A DNA stretch of 33,687 bases, taken from NCBI GenBank assembly GCA_051453625.1, contig JBOZIK010000001.1, forward strand, positions 22,739,036 to 22,772,722, read 5' to 3'. The notes under the pieces are model-generated. The model did not search any database. It saw nothing but the letters and a program-made list of their open reading frames with translations, and was not told the DNA's origin. A program made the position numbers and the translations under genes. Shown in pieces: positions 24,153 through 33,687 of this stretch. Position 1 is the first letter of the stretch. Each line of letters begins with the position of its first letter. This stretch comes from Welwitschia mirabilis. Its lineage: Eukaryota.

Positions 24153-27100
24153 TGATGAAGCCTGAATGTTTGATAAAATAAGGTATTAATTGTCACTATT
24201 TTGCATTACTTTTCAAACTTTAATACTACATTTAGAGGCTTTTTTTTACTTTTCAAGTGATAGGAATCTTGGACATTTAATGGGCTTGAAATTATGCATT
24301 ATGATCTAATTCGAGGCTCTTCATGATGCTTATATCCAAGAGATCAAGATCAAAGGTGAAAATGTGGATCATCAAAGACTACTCCAATGTAGAAGCTCTA
24401 TAGATGAGTCATAGTTTCTTTTCTAGCATCATGTCTTATCCTGTTACTGATACGATGATTTTGAATCATTTTAACACTAGATGCATGATATTAAATGATA
24501 CCATATCCTTTTAGGACATCAATACCTTGAAAATTTATATTTTGGAAGCTATAATTTGTACATTTTTAGTCATTTTTAAGTCAAATTTGTTGTTTTCATG
24601 TAATAGTAGATACAAGAGAGAAAATTCAATCAATTTGCTTTTTGGAAGTTAAGGTAGTTAACTCTTCAAACTAACTATGCCACTGTTGTAACATTTTCAT
24701 GAGTAAATTGGTGTTGTAGCACCATTTAATAGTTTTACCTACTCAAGTATGAATCACATGCAAAAATTCAATGTTTTTGATAACTCCTTAGCCTGAAATC
24801 GATCCAAGTACACCTATAAAGACACCTCTCAATGTTCAAGCTCAAATCATAACATTAGTGTACCATCTTTATGACATTTTAATGTGATTCAAGCCTTTTT
24901 CAACATTGGAAGGATATTTTCTACTAATTTCTCTCATATTTCTTCACCTCCAAGTTCATCTTCTCCCTATATCAACTGTGGAAGTCTTCTACAATCTTCA
25001 TTTACATATTTTATCATCACATAAACCCATTTTCAGCATCTTAAACCCTTTCATATCCCATTTTTCATTATTTTTTCTCCCATTTTGATTTATTCAAAGG
25101 GCATTGTAGGGGTGCTAAACTGCACATTATCGAGTAATGGAGGAGGAGGAGAAGGCATCAAATCTTGTAAGAAATTGGATTGAAGGCTAATGGAAAGGAC
25201 TATGCATTCATCTAAGACTAATAAGTGTTTCTTTTCTTATGTCTTTTATGATTTTGATTACTTGATTTATGCATTTTTATCATGATCTTTTTTTAATTTA
25301 GTTAGATTCTTTATAGCATGTTGCAAAATTTATGCTAATTAGATTCTTATACGTTTAGTACCTATCATGAAAATATGAAATTTTGCATGGTTGGTGACTC
25401 TATGTCAAGNNNNNNNNNNNNNNNNNNNNNNNNNNNNNNNNNNNNNNNNNNNNNNNNNNNNNNNNNNNNNNNNNNNNNNNNNNNNNNNNNNNNNNNNNNN
25501 NNNNNNNNNTGCTAATTAGATTCTTATACGTTTAGTACCTATCATGAAAATATGAAATTTTGCATGGTTGGTGACTCTATGTCAAGGGAATAATGTGTTT
25601 TATTACTCTTCTTCCTTCTTTTCTCCATTTCTTTCATTTTTCTAGTTCAGTTTCTCATTATTTCACCTTTCTTCTAAGGCAAATAAGGATGAATTTCTAA
25701 TTTCTCCTTTCCAGTAGTAGTAGATTGACTTGTAAACATGTTCTTTATATTTATCTAACATTAAAATTATCTACGTTTACATGAATTATTCTCTCTTCTT
25801 TTCCTCTTCTCAAAATCAACATAGACTAGTGAATTTCAATGCTTGTTTTGACCATAACACTTTCTCTACAACTCCAATGGTTTTGAAATTTTGTTAGTAG
25901 CTTATCCTCATTATTTATAAATGTTCATCCTCAATTACTCAGAATGCAAATTCAACCTTTAAGATCCTTTTTTCATCCATTTTTAGTCTTCGTTGCAGTT
26001 TTACTTAGAAACATTTTTGGATTGTAAAATCTTATTTTTTGTGATCTTGCATAGTGAATTTATTTATCATTATTAATGTGTTTTCCAAAATTCAAGATTC
26101 TATCTTGTAGTACCTATTGAGTAATTTTATAATATGTAATCCATTTTTCTCAAATGTTATAGTTTTCTCAACATTCTTGGTCAAATTAGGGTTGACTATA
26201 ATTTTTGCCCTTTTTTTATATGTAAATTGTTTTTATTGGTTTCAATCGATTCTACTTAATATTAACTGTTTGATTCTAGAAACCTATTTTAGAATACATT
26301 TTGAGTATTTTCAAGGTTTGGAGATTTTCTAAGTTTATTATTCTAAATTTTCTCTCTCCTTTTTCTCTCTATTCTTTCTTTTCATCTTTCTTTCAGTTAA
26401 AATAGCTTATAATTAGCTAAGTATCACTTTGATTTCATAAATGTTTATATGATGGTTTTATCAGTTACATATTTATTTATAATATAATTTAGATGTCTTA
26501 ATGATTTTATAACTTATTTCATGATAAGTGATGGGTTATCTTTCAAGTCAATTATATAACAATTTGGTGAAAATCTTAATAAAGTCAAAAGGTTTGCTAT
26601 GTTGATTTCAAGAGTTTATCTTCTTAAGTGTAATCCTTTGATTCTAAGATGTTGTATATTTTATATAGTTTCCCATTGAAGAGAACATGGCATGTGAAGC
26701 ATATGAAGGAGGTTTCCAGTGTGAGTTCTACATCTAATGGTTCAGCTGTTGAAGCTGCTCCTCCATCCCAGATTAGTGGATCGTCGTTCATCCGCTTTAG
26801 AGGTGAAGATCTCCGATGTAACCTACCATCATATACGAGCACATCGGTGCTTTGGTGAATGAATGGAATGTGATGTCTGAATTGGTTAATTACATCCATG
26901 TTGAATGATTTTTCTTTTCATTTTATTGGATGTTGTTTTCCACATCCCATGAAATGACATCTTTACACATGAAGTTCTTTATGATAATTTTTAGTCATGT
27001 GTTGTAATTACTTGTATGTCACATGAACAAATAGTTTTTAATCATGTAAAGTGACAGTTTGATAAGATAATATGAATAATTTTTATAGGAATTCATGTCA

Positions 27101-27290
27101 AGTATTTTGTCAGTTCGATACTCATGTGACATACAATTTGGGGTTTAACCAGTTGTTTTCTAAGTTAGGGGTATAAACAATTATTTCCTAAGTTTTAAAT
27201 ATTTACCTTTATCAATATTTTGTATTTAATGCTTGATCAATTTTTATGATAGTATATATTTTTCATGTCTGAAGTTTGTGTGTCTTAATA
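24153..27290 (+). repeat. Long direct repeat copy B (second LTR-like unit with internal deletion and gap)
   Basis: Starts TGATG after TTGGGATGTG and is colinear with copy A. Jumps from the ~22830-equivalent to the ~23600-equivalent position near 27130. Confidence 0.85.
25410..25509. other. Assembly gap (100 N) flanked by an exact 77 bp overlap
   Basis: 25333-25409 is identical to 25510-25586. Confidence 0.98.
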
Positions 27291-27752
27291 CATGATAAAT
27301 TAAGATTTAAAAGAACTAAAAAATCAATTTTGGAGGGTGTCAAACCCCAAAGAAAGGTTTTATTACTATTGTAAGATATAAATTTATAACATCAAAAGGT
27401 AAAAAGTAGCTAGTAACTCAATATGTATAATAGCAAGCAACTAAATTGCACAGACATTAAAGAAAAAGCACTATGAAACGAGAAAAAGGAAAAAAGCACT
27501 ATGGAAAAAAAAAATCAATTTTGGTATATGACTTGACTAAAAATTGTTAAATATTTGTTATTAAATGTTAATATATTAGTTTACCAACATTCATTAGCAT
27601 ACAACACTAAACATTCTAAGAATAGGCTTAAACAACATAAGTCTAATCATAAGCACATGCAAAGTCATGCGCAAAGACTCAGTATGTATGTAATACCTAA
27701 GGAAAAAAGGAAAACCATGACTATATACAGAGGTAGAAATTGTCGAAGACCA

Positions 27753-28825
27753 TGTTAATCCCCATTATGAATATGAAAATAAATGCCTTTATATGAAGAA
27801 ATTTAGTAATGAAGATAGTGATATTTCATAATGGATGTCTATTGCGCTGCTAATTTATGGTTATTTGATGGGCTTTATGAGTTGTTTCACAGGACTTTTG
27901 TATAGGTTCTGAGGATTTTGGAGATACAAGAGGAAATCTTGGAAAAGTACAGTTATTATCCAAATTTGACGCATTTAAAGCACTTTTCGGTGAACAAAGA
28001 TTTTCATGACAAAACTAAGTTTCTCCTCAAGAAAGACATTAAAGAAGACTGTCGTCCCTTCCATTGTCCACACAGGTAGGACGATGACTGCTTACGTGGA
28101 CGACACTGACATGTAACTATCACTAGCAGATTCTCTCAGCCATTTCGTCCGTTTCTGAGCACTTAATGAGTGCGCATAACAGCACTTTCTGTCTATCCGT
28201 TTCTGTTGTATTCTTCCTATAAATAAGTCCCCTTTCGACTCTCCTTTCCATCTTCGATGCACCAGAGATTCTCGTGACAGAAGAGCGAAGGGCGGAAGAT
28301 CCAGCTTTGTGAGTTACAGAAAGATGCGTACTTGGTAGAAGGATGAGTGTCTTCTATTAAGACCCGACCATTTTGTAACCCAGATGATTGTTACCATTTT
28401 AATATAAATCTTGNNNNNNNNNNNNNNNNNNNNNNNNNNNNNNNNNNNNNNNNNNNNNNNNNNNNNNNNNNNNNNNNNNNNNNNNNNNNNNNNNNNNNNN
28501 NNNNNNNNNNNNNNGTAGCTCTGGTTAGGGCTGAAGGCAAGTAGGGCTAGGATCATTTTACATTACATGTTAGTCTAGATTGCATATTGCACTTTGCATG
28601 GTAGTTTATTTTCTTACATTGTTATTTATTATTTTCGGCTCTTAAGATTAAATTGCAAAAGCAACCTGAGTCTTATGTTGGTAGACTTCAACGAGATACG
28701 ACGTTTTGGGTTACTCCCATTATATCAGTGTGATGTATTGTGCATAATATTTATTTTACTTATTAATGACAAAATCTGTTTGAATGTNNNNNNNNNNAAA
28801 GGATGCATAGATACACACCGCAACA
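27753..28825 (+). repeat. 5' LTR of Athila-type element (contains N gaps 28414-28514 and 28788-28797)
   Basis: TGTT...AACA termini, with the PBS 3 nt downstream. The 5' start is inferred because no second LTR is available to compare. Confidence 0.7.
28216..28226 (+). promoter_or_regulatory. Candidate TATA box in LTR
   Basis: CCTATAAATAA followed by a pyrimidine-rich tract, typical of LTR promoters. Confidence 0.55.
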
Positions 28826-28828
28826 AAT

Positions 28829-28846
28829 TGGCGCTGTTGCCGGGGA
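28829..28846 (+). other. Primer binding site (tRNA-Asp type, characteristic of Athila)
   Basis: TGGCGCTGTTGCCGGGGA right after the LTR-terminal CAACA. Confidence 0.9.
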
Positions 28847-29399
28847 AGGCTATCAAAGAGTATAAAGGTTGTCGTCTTACATAAGTATACTAGTTATTTA
28901 TCTATGCAGTGTTGTATTTATTAGAAGCTTAGGTTTTCTTTGTGCTGTGTTTCAGTTTTGGCTTTCGGATTTTGGTTTTCTATTAAAAAGTATGGTCATC
29001 CCCTCCGTCATCCCCATGACAGTTAGGACAATAGTTTTCTCTTTGGTTTTTATTTTTGAATTTTTGATTTTTCTGCAATAAATTAGTTTTGTCATCTCTA
29101 TTGATGTCTGGACGACTAGGTGGACGACAGGGATTTTTAGTTTTTTGCTTTCTATTTTTAGTTTCGATTACTGTCTCTATTTTTTCTGTTTTTGTGTGCA
29201 TCATCTCTTCTGTCATTTAAACGACACACAGGACGCGGTCTATTATTTTTTGATCTATTTTCTATTGTTTTTGGTTCATAGGATGCTATGATGTGGTTAA
29301 CTTGGAAAATAAATATCTTAGAGAAAAATATCTGATTAGAAAAAACCTGAAAGAAGAACTAGTGAATATAGAAAAAGAGCCAGAATAACAATCTCCAAG

Positions 29400-31743
29400 T
29401 GCACTCAATCCTTCTTCCGAGTTTTTTTTTTTTTTTTGAATCTGATTTCCTTAACGAAAAACCTATAGAAGGAGAAAACCAATCTACAATATCAAGTGCT
29501 TCTCGTAAACAAAAACAAGTCATAGGGTCATCTACTCCTAATGCCAACCTCACCCTTAGAGAATTATTAGCCAATAGGAAACGTGAAATTCAAACCCCTT
29601 TTAATCTACCACTAGGGGATGATGTAGAACTTAAAAATTTATATGCCTACCCAATTTTTAGTGGAGAAAATGATGAGGATCTCATTCAACATATTGGAGA
29701 TGTGGAATAACTCATCCTCACCTCAGGAAATGGGAAGAGAAAAATAACAGACAGAACATACATGGTAGTCTTTGTCGTGACATTAAAAGATAGGGCAAAA
29801 ATTTGGCTAAAAACTTTACCCCACAAAAGCCTCAAAACATGGGATCAAGTCCAAGAAATCTTTATAAAAAGATTTATGAGTGAAGAAACTGTAAGAAAAA
29901 GAAGGAAAGAGGTAACAAATTTCCAACAATAACCCAATGAAGATTATGCCTCTACTTATGAACATTTCTTTGTAGCAGTCCACTCTAACCCAGTGGATGC
30001 CTTTTTTCCACAAGAAAAAATACACCATTTCTATAGTGAATTGATTCCCCACACAAAACAATTTGTAGATTTCTTTTGTGGTGGAAATCTCATGAACCTT
30101 ACGATGGATGGCGCCTGGACAAAATTAGAAGAACTTATAGAGATAAGTAAAACTTGGTCAACACCTAAAGAAAATTAAAGGATAGGCCAACTTATCAAAG
30201 AGTTAAAATAGGTGAAGCAAAAAGAGGTAGAAGACAACCCTACAAATCCTATGAGGGAATTTACAACAATCTTAAAGAAGTATAAAGAAATAATTTTAGA
30301 TGCTAAAAATGTCACTAAAAGAAATGTTGTGCAAACTTGTGATTTATGTGAGTACAACTATCGTGTTACCAAAAATTATCCTATTCTACCAACTTATAAA
30401 GAAAGGATTCATGAGGAACTTTTTACTTTTAATCAACCATCTCAAAACTTAACTAAAATCAAGCACAACATAGGTTGAACCCTCATTTTCAAAACAACTC
30501 TCAACCTTTTAGAAACTGACTCGAAAACACATATTACCAACCAAATTCATCCAACTTTCAAAATGATCAAATTGCAAACTCTTTGGATGAAATGAGGAAA
30601 ACACAAGAGGTAACAAATGCCAAAATAAATAACCTTGTAAATGTCCTTCAACAAACTTTATTGGCAAACCAAAGACCTTAAGGAAATTTACCTACACAAC
30701 CTTTACCCAACCCAAATGAGTTAAGAAGAGATTGTAAGGTTGTGATAAACCCTTCTCCATGTGAACATTCCACCTCCCACAATAATAAAGAAGAAGAGGA
30801 AGAAAACATTGAGATTTTAGATGATTAAAACTTCCCTTCTCTTGGCAAGAAGAAAAATAAAAGTTCTGGTACCCCTTGGCTTAATAGGCTTAACAATAAT
30901 TCAACTTTCAATGATGATTTAAAATCCTTGATAAAAAATGTAAGCAAAAACTTACCTTTTGGAGAGTTCTACAAGAAAATTCGGGTATGCAAAACTATGG
31001 AAAGCTTTAATCAGAAGAAAACAAAAAAGAGTTATTCCTAGTAAGGTCTTTCTTACCCAATCCCTCATGAACTTAGTGTTACAAAAATCACCAAAATTTA
31101 AAAACCCAGAAGTAGCAATGGTGAATGTTACTGTAGAGGGAAATAAAAAAAAAAAAGAAAAGCATTAATTAATATTGGAGCGAGTGTTAATCTTATGCCA
31201 CTTTACATTTGTAAGAGGCTTGAATTGGGAGATAGAATAGAGCCTACTTTGGTTGTCTTAAAATTAGTAGATATATCAGTTAAGAAACTGTTAGGCGTCA
31301 TTAAAGATTTGGCTATTTAAATAAAAGAGGTTTGCTACCCCATTGATTTGATTATCATATAAGTTAAACATAATAGAGGATATCCTTTACTTCTAGGTAA
31401 AGCCTTTTGTGCAATAGCCCACTGCATCATTAATACAAGAAAAGGAACAATGAAATGTCATTTTGGAAATAGAACTTTCACAATTAAAGTCTTTGATGCA
31501 GCTAAAAAAAATTTAGGTGATGATGATATAAACATTGATGAGAATGTCAAACCTACTTTATTTTTACAACATCACCCACTTGAAAAAAGAGAGATAAAAC
31601 CAAATGAAAATGTCCTTTATGATGATCAACCTAAGAATAACGAAGAAATAAAACCTTTTGAGTGTAAGGAAGTCCAATTTGTCAGAAAAATCATAAGGGG
31701 AATTGTCAAATTCATAACCCAAAAATTAAAAATCATAATTTAA
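29400..31743 (+). pseudogene. Athila gag and aspartic protease pseudogene
   Basis: YPIFSGENDEDLIQHI, LKDRAKIWLKTLP, TWDQVQEIFIKRF, HHFYSELIPHTKQFVDFFCGGNLM, CDLC, GNLPTQPLPNP, SPKFKNP, ALINIGASVNLMP (catalytic D mutated to N, ~31162-31200) and LLLGKAF. Several stops and frameshifts. Confidence 0.9.
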
Positions 31744-33282
31744 ATTTGAAAAAGAAAAATGTTTTCAATGGTCATGAAGGTAATTTTCTTTCTAATATTC
31801 CAAATAAAACTTTTGTATTTCAGGAAAATATTTTAACCAAGTTATTATTTCTCTCCCCTTTGACTTCTAAAATTTGTGCTTTGATGTGGCATCATAACCA
31901 TTACTCCTCTCTTCATCAAATTGATTTTACATGAAAATACTTACACCTCTTATGTTTTATCAATTGGTAAATTTCTGGTTTAGACCTTACTTCTCAAAAC
32001 AAAAAACTGAAGTCCACAACAGATCCTTGATTTTTCCTTTCTTTCTTTTCAATAAAAGTGTGTTTTTAACTTTAGGATTTGAATAAAAGTTTGCTTGCTT
32101 TATTGTTTTCTTTTCAGTTTTTGGCCTTTAGAGATCTGTTTTCATTTTTTGTTCTCTGTTTTATTTCTGTTTGTAATTTTTTGTTTTCTGTTTCTACAAA
32201 AATAATCCATCGTATCCTATGTCGTCCTCATGACAAGATGGATGATAGTCCTTTTGATAGCTTTCTAGTTTTTCTGTTATTTTTCTGTGTTTTGTTTCTT
32301 TTTCCTTTGTATGTCATCCTCTCTGTCGTCTGGATGACGAGCAAGAAGATAGTAATAAAAATTTTGATTTTTGTTTTCTGTTATTTGAGAAAATACATTT
32401 TTATGGCTCTATTGAGATTTCTGACTTGATTACTTGAGAATTGCAGGAAGCAAATGGGTAAAAATTGGAATTTCAGTAGCAAGACTTTTGAATTTTCTCT
32501 TAGCCTCTTCCTTTGAAAGATTATTATGGCATTACTTGATCATCTTTCAAACTTGACTTATGTATTTATTTCTATAACTAGTCTTTTGACTTGGGCATTT
32601 CAATGCTAAGATTGGATTCACCCAATCTTAGGACATTCACATGTCCATGAACTTCAATTAAAGGAAGCTGCTTTATTTTTTTTATGCTTTTCGCAATGGT
32701 AAAAGGGTTTTAGATTGTTTAAAAGCATTCTTTTTCTATCCTAATCTTTTAACTTTTACCTTTGTCTTTTGAAGTGTTTAGTCATGTGGAATGTTATCTT
32801 AAAAGAAAAAAGTGAATAAAGACCATTATGTTTTTTGGCCAAGATGCCATCCCCAACCACTGAATTGTCCGAGATGATGTTACCTTATTATAAACTGATT
32901 TATCTTAATTTCCCACATCCTTTTCCTCTTTTTTTAAACCTATCCTGTCTCCACAGGGTTGGACCCTCTATGTGCGTCGTCTCCCACTCCTCACTCCTTC
33001 TTAGCACCCTTGCCTCTGCCTGATGCTGCCTCGCCTACACCTGCTATAGCTTCTCACTAAATATCACCTGACTTCCTATTTCCTATCCTCCTGCACATCC
33101 CCTCTTCTCACTGTGCTCTTTGCCTTCCGCCCGCCTGACCGCTTCTTCACCGATCTGCCTTCCCAGCCTGTGGCCTCTGTCTTCTACTTGTCCATTCACT
33201 TCTTACCTGCAATCCGTTTTTAGCGAACGCCTCTACCATGCGCAGCCTATGCTTGTTGTGCTGCTTAACAACCGACACCTTG

Positions 33283-33382
33283 NNNNNNNNNNNNNNNNNN
33301 NNNNNNNNNNNNNNNNNNNNNNNNNNNNNNNNNNNNNNNNNNNNNNNNNNNNNNNNNNNNNNNNNNNNNNNNNNNNNNNNNN
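33283..33382. other. Assembly gap (100 N)
   Basis: Run of N. Confidence 0.99.
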
Positions 33383-33687
33383 CAGTCACTGCCTAAACCA
33401 ATTCTGCCACTATTCCCTCCTCAATGGCCGCCACCATCTGAGTCCATCTTTGAACTTATGATTTTCTTCTACATTCAACTTTCTGCACGCACATTATCTT
33501 TGCCCACCCCACACCTCATCGTGCACCTTCTGCTCCTCCGATCTCCCTTATCGACACCCTCTGCATCGAGCCTCGTACTCTCCTCCTATTAAGCATTCCT
33601 TGCCACCTTGATCCGCAGCCCTTACTGCCTGTGTCTAGCGTCGTCGAACTGGTTTCTTTTCTCCCCGGCTTCGTTTCTGAGATTTGT

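Larger units (their letters stand above)
27753..33687 (+). mobile_element. Athila-type Ty3/gypsy LTR retrotransposon, apparently non-autonomous, running off the window end
   Basis: LTR, Athila-type PBS, gag and protease, followed by non-coding DNA. No RT, RH or IN seen. Confidence 0.88.

Noticed and set aside
25333..25586. 77 bp direct repeat as a TSD or biological tandem
   Set aside because: Exact identity on both sides of a 100-N gap and a single copy in repeat A indicate an unmerged contig overlap.
28180..28295. miR156-like TGACAGAAGAG with upstream CTTTCTGTC
   Set aside because: Only the first 11 nt match the mature miRNA, there is no proper star-arm duplex, and it lies within an LTR.
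32079..32429. 116 aa hydrophobic ORF as an envelope or membrane protein
   Set aside because: Non-ATG start in a T-rich, low-complexity repeat region, so the composition is an artefact.

Overview
AT-rich, gene-free plant nuclear DNA from a draft assembly with five N-gaps, made almost entirely of decayed transposable elements. From left to right: a ~1.57 kb tandem duplication (2101-5236); an old full-length Ty3/gypsy chromovirus on + (CRM-like, ~5977-11385); a possible MULE transposase relic; an old full-length Ty1/copia on - (13188-18115) whose integrase core is replaced by a GC-rich ~0.8 kb foreign segment; two long (~3.6 and ~3.1 kb) direct repeats that look like a non-coding Athila-like element with very long LTRs (20086-27290); and a younger Athila-type element (27753 to window end) with gag and protease but no RT, RNase H or integrase in view. 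I found no intact host gene, RNA gene or CRISPR array, and nearly all listed ORFs are spurious or TE fragments. I cannot claim a convincingly new biological system. The best leads are the long-LTR non-coding tandem element, two GC-rich foreign inserts and a recurring GTCGTCC...GGACGAC hairpin motif. All alignments and identities were judged by eye.
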